The translations under genes and the position numbers were made by a program. From contig NC_081355.1 in assembly GCF_030684315.1 (NCBI RefSeq), forward strand, positions 101,666,472 through 101,730,471: DNA of 64,000 nt, in the 5' to 3' direction. This DNA comes from Stegostoma tigrinum (Eukaryota). Below, one piece after another: positions 24,962 to 37,784 of this stretch (position 1 is its first letter; each line of letters begins with the position of its first letter). The notes under the pieces were generated by a model. The model saw only the letters and a list, made by a program, of their open reading frames with translations. It did not search any database and was not told the DNA's origin.

Positions 24962-26413
24962 GTAGCAACCGTTAGTGCAGTGTAAGTTTGTTCAATACTG
25001 ATTCTTTGCATCAAAACATGGTTATTTACATTCTATTGAGTAATACATCATTCATGATCAGTGCAATTTTTCATTTGAAAAAAATCAAAATTGTTCCTTT
25101 AATAAAGGACGTTGTAACTACAAAGCATTGATGTAGTTTAAGCTGTTTGCCTTAAATTGTAGTTTTTCAAAAAAATTAACAATTGCATTAACGATTATGG
25201 AAAATTTAAATTTAAAATAATTTGTAATTTAAATAAAATCCAAATTACCTGTTTGCACACAAAAACCTTTTCTTCATAACTAATGTGTAAAATTTGTCAG
25301 GAATTTCATGCATAAGACAAGCCACTTTAAAAAATTAAAATTAAGTATGATTGGAACAATAACTTTTCCAGAGTTATTTTGAATTTTACGGCTGTACAAT
25401 GAAAATGGAGTTGTTCAGCTTTCAGAGCTGCATAGTGCTACTGCTGAGTGAATTATTTAAGGCTCTCCTCTCTGTTTTGCAGCACTAAATTCACCTCTCT
25501 GAAATATCTTTCTGCAAGGTGATAAGAAACTAAAAACTCATTCAGAACAGAAAACAAATTAGTGAAGTTACTCACACATGTACCTAAGTACAATATCAAA
25601 ACACCAAACCATTCGCCATTCACTACAATAATACGGATAGGATCATCTCATATCTAGGAAACAGTATCACTAGCTACCTACCGTTTGCTAATCCAAATTT
25701 TCCATGAAAATATATCTAAACCTTTCTGTACAAAAAACATTTCATCTAATTGTAACCTTTACGATGCTAGTGCATGTGAACAATACTGAAATTTAAATGT
25801 ATAAATTTTTGAAAAAAGTTTGTAGGTTAAAATAAATGTCTGACTTACTTATTCACAGCATATTGTTCAATGTGAGTTCCCTCCATTTATCATAAACCTT
25901 TTAAAAAGTCTAAGATTGGCTGACAAATGTAGTATGCTTATTAACAGAGACTATTCACATTAACATTATCTTCTAGCAACTATACATTAATTAACCATCA
26001 ATAAACAAGTCCAGTTAAACTGATTAACACAATTTGTTTCTATTTTAATTTGACCAAAACAGGGTTGGAGGATTAAAATGTTACTTATAAACCATTTCCA
26101 AGGACGAGAGTAAGTTTTAAAACAAAGTTTCTACAGAATTCTAGACATTCTTTGTTTCGTGAAGTTTATACAATTCCCTACCTTAGACCCCCAGTTTTGA
26201 AACTGAACATGTTTTTTTTTAAACAAGGCTTTGACCACATAAACTGGAGGGTCTACAGTATATTAATCTATCAAAAATGCATCAAAACTAAATGCAGTTC
26301 TTCGGATGAACTGTGGTTGAGTGTATATGCCCAGAGATTTGCATCTCTCTGAAACTTCTCCCGTAGATCAGAGGTTGCCAGTCTACAAAGGGATATTAAC
26401 TGAAATCTGATAT

Positions 26414-26607
26414 TTATCTTTCACCTTCCTTATTTGATGTTTTAACAACTTGCTCGTATGGAGGGGGTGGCTGATTGCAGTAGGCTGGCGGGGGTGGGTA
26501 GGCTGGGTTGAGTAGAGGAAAATTTGGCTGAATTTGATAGGTTGAGGCAATGGGATTAACAACAGGTGCTCCAGGTTCTGTGTAATATTGCATTCCAGTC
26601 TGGTTGC
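26414..26607 (-). CDS. VOPP1: VOPP1-family protein, last coding exon (proline-rich tail with PPAY and PPPY motifs)
   Basis: ttgtttgcag acceptor, phase 1; NQTGMQYYTEPGAPVVNP...YPPPPAYCNQPPPPYEQVVKTSNKEGER*; matches the VOPP1 C-terminus PPPPAYCNTPPPPYEQVVK. Could be a VOPP1 paralogue. Confidence 0.93.
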
Positions 26608-26939
26608 CTGCAAACAAAAACACAAGATGGTTACACAGAAACTTAGCACTCAAAAGCAACAATATTACTTGTATGGAAAGTAAATTACAAAGTGTCACTC
26701 AATGATACAGCGAGAAAAATTAGCTTGCTCCTCTAGCTAGGTCAGAGTAGGAAAGTAAAATCAAATTATTATTTTTAATAGGAAATCAGCAACAATTTAA
26801 ATGCATATTATACTTCCATGAAGCACAATGTTGCAAAGGTGTGCCACAGGATCATAATCAAACAAAGTAATTACGGATGAAAGCGAGGAGATATTAGGAA
26901 GGAAGATATGGTGGCGTGATTTTTTGAGAGGGAATTCTA

Positions 26940-27250
26940 GAAATCAGGGCAGAAATTCTCCAAAGATCCTCAAGTGGCACCTTTCAAGCCCACAACCACT
27001 TCCATCTGGAAGGACAAGAACAGCAGATGTACGGGAACATGACCACCTTCAAGTTCCCCTCCAAGCCTCTCACCATCCAAAATTGGAAATACATTCTGTC
27101 ACCGGGTCAAAATCCCGGAGTTCCCTCCGGACTGGGATTGTGGGTCAACCTACAGCAGGTGACTCACCACCACCTTGTCAAGGGTAAACAGGGACGGTAT
27201 TAAATGCTGGCCAGCCAGCAATGCCCACATCCCACAAATGAATTTAAAAA
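26940..27250 (+). mobile_element. LINE 3' end fragment (same family as 52000-57300)
   Basis: Similar to the reverse complement of 52020-52200; ends TAAATGCTGG...ATGAATTTAAAAA. Confidence 0.65.
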
Positions 27251-28699
27251 GGTTCAAGGCACAAATGCCAATCCTGACCTAAAGTACGAGCGGATATGGA
27301 AGAGAAGGGTTAGAGAAGTAAGAAGCTGGAAGGGGTCAGGGTTAAGGCCGTGAAGAGACTGGAACATGACCATAAATATTTAAAGAGACATTGTTAAGCC
27401 AGGAGCTAAAGTAGGTCATCAAGCACATGGAGATGGGAAGATGAAACTGGTATTAGGTTAGGATAATGGCAGATCTTTGGATAAAATGTTTACAAGTGTT
27501 AGATGGTCAGTCAGCAGTGGACTCAAATGGTTGGCTCTGCAGATAACAGCATGGATAAAGGGTGCAGTAGCTGATTAGCTAAGGGATGGCAGAGAAGGAC
27601 AATGGTTCAGAAACGGAAATTGAGGGGATTTTGTGATGAGAGAGGATACGAGGTCAGAAACTCAGTTTAGGATTGAGTTAGCTGGATATTTATCAGCAGT
27701 CTAGAAAAGGATGACACAGTGACAAAGAAGCAGAATAGAATTGCTGGCACGATCTTTTTGGCATTTAACTGAAGAAAATGTGGCTTTGCAACTGGATGCT
27801 TAATGAGCAAACTGACACTGACAGTGGCTTGGTTGAGAGATGTGGTATGAGGTCAACTTTGACAACAGTATAAATGTGGAACTGGATGTGTTTTTGGATA
27901 ACACTGATGGACCAACAAATTGATGAAAGATATGAGGAAACCATGAATAGATCTGGACTCTGGCTCCAACAGAGTGAATATGGGAAGAGAATCCAATGAA
28001 GGAGCAGTCTAGACACAAATTATTGACAAAAGTAGGCAGTGATGTTGAGTTGGCCAATAGAGGAGAGGGAAAATGAAAAGAACTTAATATATAATAAAAT
28101 GAAAATTGAATCAGTGTATTCTGTTAAGTGGTGCTAGTTTCAGATAAACAAATGTGTTATGGAATAATTTTGTTTTGGCACAATTACTGAGTAGCTAGTG
28201 TATTTGTGGAATTCTTAGTTGTCTCATTACAAAATACTACCTGTACTGCGCTGGCAAATGAGTAATAAAGTTGTGTGCTCTCTCCAATGTTAGATTTATA
28301 AACTCAAAATTCGATCACTTCAGTGCAATTTACTCTAACAGAGTAAGTGAACAGTCATAGAATTTCAACTTCTCAGAGTGACAAACTTCAATAATGTTTA
28401 TTGACATGATGCATTTTAAAGCTGATCAATGTATATGTTCTGAAATATATACTTCGACACAAAATGGGTGAAATGATTTATTCCCAAATTATATACAAAA
28501 AACACATCTGATTCATTCCTGAGCTTATGAGGAAGGGTCACCGGACCTGAAATGTTAACTCCATTTTTTCCTTCACAGATGCTGCCAGACCTGAACTTTT
28601 CCAGCAACTTTTGCTTTTGCTCCTGATTTACAGCATCAGCAGTTCTCTGGGTTTTCAAACAGTAAATATATTTTGTGTTGAAAAATTGGAATAATCTAT

Positions 28700-31540
28700 C
28701 ATGGCATGACTTGATTAAATATATAAAATTGATATTTATATAGGCTAAAGTGAAAGAAAATGCAAAGAAGCCTAGTATATATGGGATAAACTTTGGAATG
28801 GAACAATTATAACTTTGAGAACTATAATACCAAAAATAACAAACATTCACAAGTTGCATACAGTTTAAGGAAAAGAGCTGTAGGGTCTTTTAAGTTAAAT
28901 TGATTTAGTAGTTAAAGCATTTGTCTCTAATAGCTAGTAATAAAGAATTAGCAAAGTCTCTGACAGAATGTTACTCAGCAAAGTAATCTATAGATGGGTA
29001 ATACAATCTCAGACAGATACTGACAATCCATATCTTCGGGTGTGATGGAGGGAAGTAATAGAATCTTGAGAACAAATTGAAATGTTGGGTACAAACAGGC
29101 TAACATTTACACAGACAACAGGTAGCATTTGGAGATTATATCGTATCATGAACTGAAGGGGATACATCACCTCAGAGGAAGGGGACATATAGCATGAAAC
29201 AGTAATTAAGGCATTAGTGGGAACTGTCAGACTTCTACTTGAGGCAGCAACGATAAAGGTTCAAGCACAATCAAAAGGAAACAGATCACACTCAATTAGG
29301 TAACCTTAAGATAGATGAAGCGGCTATGAAGGCAATTGCAACAGGCCCCAAACATCAGGTGGCAGCAGCAGTAATTGGTCTGGAGAAAGTAAACATGACA
29401 CATTTTGGAATAAGTGATGGCAGGAACAATGAGTAGTAAAAGATGCTGAGGGCATCTGGCAGAAAAGGTACTGCATTCAGCATAACCACATGGGAATATA
29501 CACCGACATGGAAACCATTGAAGGAAGCCACGTTAAGGAGGATGAGCAAATGCTAGTGATGGCATAGGAAGAGCTGTAGCAAAACACTGTCAGCAATTGC
29601 TTGGCATGTGCCCAAAATAGCCCAAGATGACCATGTCAAACAGCCTGACCAAATGGACTATGTGAGCAGTTAGAGGAACGGGAGAAAGCTTATTGTTTGA
29701 TTATTATTGACCAACTGAGAGTGGTGGAAGCCTCTCCCACACAAGGCTTTTCAGTGACAAATGTTACTTAAATATTGTTAGAAGTGGTAATCCTGAAATA
29801 GGGAATACTATTATTAAGAGATTCAGTTCAAGAGGCACATTTCACAGGATGAGTGATTAAGGCAGCACGCAGAATTTTGGCCTTTAGTAGTACTGGGGAG
29901 TTTAAAAATAGAGTAGTGTTGTTACAACAGCACAGGGTGTTGGAGAAACTGCATCTGATATACTGTATACTGTACATTTTTGGTTCTGTATTTTTAAAAC
30001 AGGATACACTGGAATTCAAGGTAGTTCAAAAGAGATTTACTAGGCTGATTCCTGAGATGAAGGGGCTGACTTGCTGAAAACAGATAAACAGGTTAGGTCT
30101 TTATTCAACTGAGTTTGGGAGATTGAGAATATATTGAGGATATGTAAGATATATCTTATTGAAATATACAAAATGACGAAGAGACTTAAAGTGGACGGTG
30201 AGAAGTTGATTTCACCTGTGTGAAATCTTTATCTAGGTGACATAGTTACATATTTAAACAAGAGGCTGGAAGAACATAGCAAGCCAGGCAAGCGTGTGGA
30301 GGAAAGGTGAAATCAATGTTTCGGGTATTACCCTTCTTCAGGGCTGGATGTGGGGGTAGAGGGAGCTGCAAACAAAGACTTTGAGGGGGGGTACGGAATG
30401 GTGATAGGTGGACATTGGTAGTAGGTATGGTATTGTTGATCAATGGGAGAGATGAATTCGGTTGGTAGCTGGAAGTCAGAATCAGTAAGTGGAATGGAAG
30501 GGAGGAGCCGGAGGATGGGTGGGAAGGTTATTTGGAATTACAGAAGTAAGTGTTGGGTACTCTGGGCTGTAGGCGGAAGATAAGGTGTTATTCCTCAAAT
30601 TTATATGCAGCTCCCCCTACTCCCACATCCACTCCTAAAGAAGAGCATTACCCAAAACATTTCCTTTCCTCTAGATGCTGCTTGGCCTGCTGTGTTCTTC
30701 CAGCCTCATGTTTGTCTATCTTGGATTTCAGCATCTGCAGGTTTTTTTTGTCTCTTAACACATATTTAAAACTGAGATGCAAAGGAATTTCTCCTCCTGG
30801 AATTATGAACGTTTGGAATTATGAACGTTTGGAATTGTCTATCCCAGAGAGCTGTGGAGCTCAGACCACAAAGTATTTAAAGAGGCTGAAGATAAATTGC
30901 GAAATATCAAGGAGTCGAGAGCCTGGCAAGCTTGAGGGGACAAATGGCTTACTCCTACTTCTACTTCTTGTGACGTTTCTAAATTGCTAAGAATAAAACA
31001 AAAACTGGAATTTCCTCAATCACCCACAGAGCTTTGGGACAGTACAGCAAATTGATCGGATATCAAAGAGACCATTAGCTAAAGTTATCCAGGAAATGGC
31101 ACAGGAACAGGCCAAACTATTGCCTGGTATCCTGATAGGATTTAGGGTAAAATCTAGTAGGTCAACCAGATTAACTTCGCATGACAGGCAAGGTAATGAG
31201 TCTGTTAGGAGATGGTGTGGCTGGTATTGAGGAAGTACCACCTGCAAGTGAAGAGGGGTAAACAATTTATGAGAAAATCTGTGCAGCTGCTTACAAAGCT
31301 GAGGCAAGAGGTTTGGGATCAGCTGGTCATATGCAACAGAGATGTAGAGGCAGAAACGGAACAGGTCAAGACACCCAGTGTAGAACATAAGGTCATGGTA
31401 TAGGTCATGCTTGAGGGGGACTGGGAATTGCATTACAAAGGATAGGACATCATCAGTAATTATTAGTGGCATGTACACCTATATAGGCATAAAAAGGAAA
31501 GGTCACTTGAAGCACTAGTTGCAATTGGTGCAAGTTAAAG
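28700..31540 (+). mobile_element. Endogenous retrovirus pol relic (class I, epsilon/gamma-like RNaseH + integrase), interrupted by a CR1 fragment at about 29850-30990
   Basis: NIYTDNR.AFG...RGYITS...TIKVQA.SKG...GN..IDEAA (29100-29330); CLACAQNSP, YCLIIIDQ, ILLEVVI..G...DS...HFTG (29590-29850); HPQSFG.V...LAKVIQE...LLPGIL (31020-31140). Confidence 0.78.
30259..30759. mobile_element. Fold-back PLE (Neptune-type) mini-insertion
   Basis: Inverted pLTR arms; exact TSD ACATATTTAAA at 30248-30258 and 30760-30770. Confidence 0.8.
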
Positions 31541-33630
31541 TTAGCAGGTGCAGCGAGTAATTCAGGCAGCAAATAGAATTTTTACCCTTGTAGGAATTCA
31601 AAAATAAGGAAATCTTGTTATAATGTAAAGGGGTTTGGTGAGGCCAAACCTGAGGTACTGTGCATGATTTTCCTTCCTATATTTAAGAAAAATATGATGC
31701 TGGTGCTCAAAAGAGATTCACTAGGCTGATTCCTGGGATGAAGGACTGACCTATGAAGTCAGGCCTGTATTTACTGGCATTTGGAAGAATGAAACAAAAG
31801 TTTCTTACATGTCTCAATGAAATATACAAGATCCTGAAGGGGCTTGAGAGGGTAGATGTTGAGGTGTTTCCACTAGGACGGAAACTAGTGGACACAGTTA
31901 CAGAATGAGTAGACACAAATTTAAAGCCAAAATGTGAAGGAATTTCTTCTCCCAAAAGGATAGTAAATGCCTGGAATTCTCTGAGTGTGTTGTGGAGGCA
32001 AGATCTCTCAAATTATTTAAAGAAGCAATCGACAGATTTTTCAAATATCAGAGAGTGGAGGGCTATAATAAGTTGACATGGATGAGGAGTTAAGGCCTGG
32101 GGCAGATGAGCCATGATCTTGTTAAAGAGCTAGGCAGGCTTGATGAAACAAATGGCCTCTTCTGGCTCCTGTTTTTCTTGTCCTCAAGTAAAACCAGTTC
32201 CTCACTGTCATGCTTATATTGGCTAGCAAATTTACAGACTTCTTCTATCAGGATATCTGCATCTAGTGGTCAGCAAGTGCATTATTTTCACATTAAAAAT
32301 TACAATTTCTGTTATGTACACTTTCTATTGAGCAATCCTGATTTTAGCTATTTTTGCCCATCAGTAAGCATTATCAGCAGGATTTAAGCCAACTACAAAA
32401 TGATAAGTGAATAGGTCTGTGTCAATTTAATTGCACAATACTTAAATTTCATATTGGTAAATGTCTTCAAAATATCTGTTTGTGCAAGCAAGTCTGATTT
32501 TGTCAATGCAAAATTGCATTTTCAGATGAAATCTGCTGATCCTTTAAAAAGGTAATCCATATGAAATTTCACTCAGCTTAAGAACTAGATTAAGTTTTAA
32601 AAAAATGCAACCAAGTATCTTTCTGCACAGCAAATGAATCACTATCTACGTTCCCAATTATATTAAGAACCCTACTATCCTTGCAAATAGCCCTCTTTTC
32701 TTACAAATTGCTACAAAAAGTATCAATATTGGCTCTGAAAAAAGCAAATCAAGTGATGATGGTCTTAAAGACTGAATGCTACAAAAGCTTTTTTTTTAAT
32801 TGCAAGTTTTGCGGCATTCTTTGAATGTTAAATATAGTTGCATTAGTATTTTAAAAGTATACAGTTACAAGAATACTGACTTACTCCTCAAGCTCACTGT
32901 AATAAATTACGTTTTATTGCAAAATCGACAGTTTCATGAAGAACATTTAGCAGCATTCTCACCGAGCTGCATGTGATTCACCAAAGACCGACTGCATAAC
33001 TTTAAAAGACTCCTAGCCAGTAGCATTTGATTTAGAAAAATTACCATATTAAAACAAAAAAGACAGAAGGTTCAAAAGAAACCTACTTTTAGAATCATAA
33101 AGCAGCTGTCCTGTTGCTGCCAATAAATATTCTTGTGACAAGATTTTCCAATATAGACTTGTCTCAATTCAATGGGGTACATGTTGGAACTAAAACCCAG
33201 TTATTCACAGGGGCACCACAAAAGTTAAAATAGTACACAAAGATTCCTCAATTTCCCTGATGTTCAGACCCAGGTTGAAAGAAAGCATGGACCAGGTTCC
33301 TGTGCTTAACGAGAGCTATGTAAACACTTAAAAGCTGTCAGCATGTAACACCATTACTTAAAACTCTAATCCCTTTATAAATTCCATCCCCTTTCTGTCA
33401 CACCTACATATAGGAAATAAAACATGCATTATGGGCAAAGAAAAAAAACAGAAAAAGACAATTCAGTAGTTCCTGTTCACAATGATTACAAAGATGATTG
33501 GAGTGCTAGTCAGAACACAGCTTTTTAGTAATCCTGAGTGATAATGGGAACTGCAGATGCTGGAGAATCCAAGATAATAAAATGTGAGGCTGGATGAACA
33601 CAGCAGGCCAAGCAGCATCTTAGGAGCACA

Positions 33631-33668
33631 AAAGCTGACGTTTCGGGCCTAGACCCTTCATCAGAAAA
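33631..33668 (-). ncRNA. Minimal hammerhead ribozyme motif, sense to the VOPP1-like pre-mRNA
   Basis: CTGATGA-A-GGGT-CTAG-GCCC-GAAAC-GTC-AG: intact cores with palindromic ACGT stem III. Confidence 0.8.
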
Positions 33669-33816
33669 GGGGGATGGGGAGAGGGAACTGGAATAAATAG
33701 GGAGGCGGACCGAAGATGGAGAGAAATGAAGATAGGTAGGTAGGTAGGTAGATAGGTAGAAGATAGGTAGGTCTTTTCTCCATCTTCAGTCCGCCTCCCC
33801 CTCTCCCCATCCCCCT

Positions 33817-33848
33817 CTCTGAAGAAGGGTCTAGGCCCGAAACGTCAG
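33817..33848 (+). ncRNA. Minimal hammerhead ribozyme motif
   Basis: CT-CTGAAGA-A-GGGT-CTAG-GCCC-GAAAC-GTC-AG. Confidence 0.78.
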
Positions 33849-35625
33849 CTTTTGTGCTCCTGAGATGCTGCTTGGCCTGCTGTGTTCATCCAGCTCCACA
33901 CTTTGTTATCTTTTTTTAGTAATCCTTCTCCGATTGCTTCCCCCTAGTGGAAGCAGAGAGGCTGACACTTCTAAAAAAGGTCTCTGACTTATCTGTTATA
34001 AGTCACAGTTTACAGGAACTGAAGCAGAGATGAGTTTTCTTCAGGTTTAAAGTGGTTTACTATAGAGAACAGACAATGAGCTAGCTCCTGGCTGGTGGAA
34101 ATCTGATGGCTTCTCTGTACCTTGTTCCCAGCTCTAAGCTATTGTTACCTTTTTACCAAACACAAGGATTTTGACAGGCAGAAGGCCTCTGTGATCATTT
34201 ACTGGTCAATAGTCCGTAACCAACATACACTAGGGGAAGAGAACACCAATGGATATTGATAAGGGAAGTGGTGATTAATATTTTTCTTGAGTGTATTGCT
34301 GGCATATTTCTAAATTAATTTGGAGTTTGTGAAGGGTGAAAGATAGGAATACCAGTCATGAAATTGATTTTGGACATGAATACCAAGTGGATTTCATGGT
34401 AGGTGATGAGGGTGGAGATGGACATTTTGGGTGGGGAGAAACAACAAGAGAAGAGTCAGCAATGGTCCAAAAATGAAAAGAGCAACCTTTGCTTTTGAGC
34501 TGAAAATGTCAGGTCAAGATAAAGCCAGGCTGCCTTTCCCATTGCGGTGGAACGTCGATGGCGGGTTAAAGCATTGCAGCTACAGACATGTTGGTCCTCT
34601 GGTAGGTAATACAAAGGAGCAGTAGGACAGAGAACTTAGTGACATGAAAATCCACAAGGGGAAGACAATAGATGAAAATGAATAAGAAAAGTAAAGTTCC
34701 TCAGATGCTGGAAGTATGAAATTAAAACAAAATGCTGGAAAAACTCAGCAGGTCTGTCAGCAACTGTGAAGCAAGAAATAGAGTTGGCTTTTGGAGTCCA
34801 ATAATGAATTTTCTTTCGAAGAAAAATGAAGCTGTCAACAATGTCAAAGATGTAGAAAGATCAAAATGAACAAGATTTACTACAATACCTATTTGTAATC
34901 TCGACCAGAACATTCTCTCATGTTGATAAGGCTTGAATCAGAAATGTTGGGAGAATTTGAGCTGCAGCAATGTACTTAAATACCTTTGTGACAATGAATA
35001 GATTGGAAATGAGAAGACAGTTGTAAAAAGGTTGAATGTGTGTTTGAGAAGGGCTGACAACAGTATCTTCTTAAAAAGTGTGCAGAGTTCCCAAGAACAA
35101 CGAGAGTTCAATCAACTTTGGAGTGTAGAGTCAAGAAAAGTTGAAACAAAAGGAGGACGAGGAATCAGGCAGTAGACTGCACAGAGGCATGTGAAGTTGA
35201 GAGGAGCAGGACAGAAACATTAAAGTGAAAGCTGAGTTAGGCAGAGCAGGAGGCTGAACAGACTAAGTGGATTCCCTCAAGAAAATGCAGTCCTGACATT
35301 TGTCAAAGGTGAGACCAGTTGAGGGAGAAAGTGAAGATAGTGACCAGCAGTGTTTAATATCATTTCTTGGCATTCATTTTAGTTGTCTTTGGTTAAAATA
35401 ATACTAACTGCATAGTTTGCAGCCCAGCAGCTTGCAACTGGAACCTTACAGAATGGTTTGAGCAAAGGAGGCTCAATAGAAGGTTTTTTTAAAACAGGTA
35501 ATCATTTCATTCTAAATGCAATATCATGTAACATTTAAACAATACGTCACAACCCCATTTTAAAATATGCTAAAATTTGATGGGCACAAACTTAGCCCTG
35601 ACATATGAACTGATGCCATGCTTAC

Positions 35626-35777
35626 TCCCTGTGGTCTGAAATCCACTCGTGTTAACAGGTTGCCGAGTGAAGCCCACTGTAAATGGAGGGTCAGTAGTCA
35701 GCTGAGGAGGATGTAGTCGTCTTCGGATAAAAAAACCAGCGCCACAACAAAACAAGACACCCATCATCAATAGAAAC
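35626..35777 (-). CDS. VOPP1: VOPP1-family protein, transmembrane/cytoplasmic exon
   Basis: ctttcctgcag acceptor, gtaagc donor; FLLMMGVLFCCGAGFFIRRR identical to VOPP1 as recalled; phases 2/1 fit the neighbouring exons; donor position slightly less certain. Confidence 0.92.
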
Positions 35778-35813
35778 CTGCAGGAAAGGTAAAACAGAGA
35801 AACCAAATACGTA

Positions 35814-37123
35814 TTATAAGGGATAGGATTTATAATCATCTAGAAAAGAATAAATTGATTAGGGATAGTCAGCACGGTTTTGTGAAGGGAAGGTCGTGCC
35901 TCACAAACCTTATTGAGTTCTTTGAGAAGGTGACCAAACAGGTAGATGAGAGTAAACCGGTTGATGTGGTGTATATGGATTTCAGCAAGGCGTTCGATAA
36001 GGTTCCCCACAGTAGGCTATTGTACAAAATCTGGAGGAATGGAATTGTGGGAGATATAGCAGTTTGGATCGGAAATTGGCTTGCTGAAAGAAGACAGAGG
36101 GTGGTAGTTGATGGGAAATGTTCATCCTGGAGACCAGTTACTAGTGCTGTACCGCAAGGCTCGGTGTTGGGTCCACTGCTGTTTGTCATTTTTATAAATA
36201 ACCTGGATGAGGGCGTAGAAGGATGGGTTAGAAAATTTGCAGACGACACTAAGGTCGGTGGAGTTGTGGATAGTGACGAAGGATGCTGTAGGTTGCAGAG
36301 AGACATAGATAAGCTGCAGAGCTGGGCTGAGAGGTGGCAAATGGAGTTTAATGCAGACAAGTGTGAGGTGATGCACTTTGGTAGGAGTAACCGGAAGGCA
36401 AAGTACAGGGCTAATGGTAAGATTCTTGGTAGTGTAGATGAGCAGAGAGATCTCGGTGTCCACGTACACAGATCCTTGAAAGTTGCCACGCAGGTTGGCA
36501 GGGCTGTTAAGAAGGCATACAGTGTTTTAGCTTTTATTAATAGACGGATCGAGTTCCGGAACCAAGAGGTTATGGGGAAGCTGTACAAAACTCTGGTGCG
36601 GCCGCACTTGGAGTATTGTGTACAGTTCTGGTCACCACATTATAAGAAGGATGTGGAAGCTTTGGAAAGGGTGCAGAGGAGGTTTACTAGAATGTTGCCT
36701 GGTATGGAGGCAAGGTCTTACGAGGAAAGGCTGAGGGACTTGAGGCTGTTTTCGTTAGAGAGAAGAAGGTGGAGAGGTGATTTAATTGAAACATATAAAA
36801 TAATCAGAGGGTTAGATAGGGTGGATAGGGAGAGCCTTTTTCCTAGGATGGTGACGGCGAGCATGAGGGGGCATAGCTTTAAATTGAGGGGTGAAAGATA
36901 TAGGACAGATGTCAGAGGTAGTTTCTTTACTCAGATAGTAGTAAGGGAATGGAATGCTTTGCCTGCAACAGTAGTAGTTTCGCCAACTTTAAGTACATTT
37001 AAGTTGTCATTGGACAAGCATATGGACGTACATGGAATAGGGTAGGTTAGATGGGCTTGAAATTGGTATGACAGGTCGGCACAACATCGAGGGCCGAAGG
37101 GCCTGTACTGTGCTGTAATGTTC
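35814..37123 (+). mobile_element. Young 5'-truncated CR1 LINE with an uninterrupted 396-aa RT-to-C-terminus ORF (35855-37045)
   Basis: [36 protein letters not shown]; CR1 tail; TACGTA at both ends (35808-35813, 37124-37129). Confidence 0.97.
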
Positions 37124-37552
37124 TACGTAAGCAATATTATCACCCTTGCTTTTTTACCCCAATTATTTCTGATCAAGAATATGACAATAAGTTTAGGAAA
37201 TAGTTGCCACCGTAGAAAAAAAAAAGAGGAAGTTAGGCTTAGTTGTGTTATTGTATTTGCTTTGCTATTCTGTATTTTGAATTACAAGAAAGAATCTGCA
37301 GGGATATGGAGAAAAAGATTTTGCACAACTTTTTCAAAGAGCTGATATTGACACAACTGGCCCACTAGCTTTTTGTACAATGACTCCATGATATTACCAG
37401 CTCGTGTCATGCTTAATGGTTGCAATATGTACCAATTTGCTTTGACCTGGTATCATACAGATCAGAATATAACGTAGGTGTTACAAAGGCCACTTTCACT
37501 GGAATGGATGCCAATAGATTTTTCAAATGCAACAATGGTACAATTATATGCT

Positions 37553-37784
37553 CAGAGATAGTAACAACTGCAGATGCTGAAGTCAGAGATAACATTGTGG
37601 AGCTGGAGGAACACAGCAGGCCAGGCAGCATTAAAGGAGCAGGAAAGTTAATGTTTCGGGTCGGCAGCATTCTTCAGAAAATTCAGATTTTCTGAAGAAG
37701 GGTCCCGACCTCAAACGTCAACTTTTCTGCTCCTCTGATACTGCCTGGCCCGCTGTGCTCATCCAGTGCTGCACTGTGTTATCA
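37553..37784. mobile_element. Fold-back PLE mini-insertion with two decayed hammerhead cores back-to-back
   Basis: Central palindrome TTCTTCAGAAAATTCAGATTTTCTGAAGAA; TSD CAATTATATGCT / CAGTTATATGCT (37541-37552, 37785-37796). Confidence 0.85.

Larger units (their letters stand above)
33536..33912. mobile_element. Young fold-back PLE mini-element with two inverted hammerhead cores and a (TAGG)n-like loop
   Basis: Long inverted arms; exact 14-bp TSD TTTTTAGTAATCCT at 33522-33535 and 33913-33926. Confidence 0.92.

Noticed and set aside
35869-36588. 239-aa antisense ORF, and similar ones near 8472, 9328 and 55589
   Set aside because: Shadow frames opposite CR1 ORF2 that recur in each copy; no independent evidence
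35855-37045. Longest ORF (396 aa) as a host gene
   Set aside because: It is the RT/C-terminal part of a 5'-truncated CR1 lacking the endonuclease and promoter
37645-37725. Hammerhead cores in this element and at 42346-42375 and 28528-28560 as active ribozymes
   Set aside because: Catalytic core substitutions (GAAA to CAAA/AAAA, loss of GUC or of the first C)
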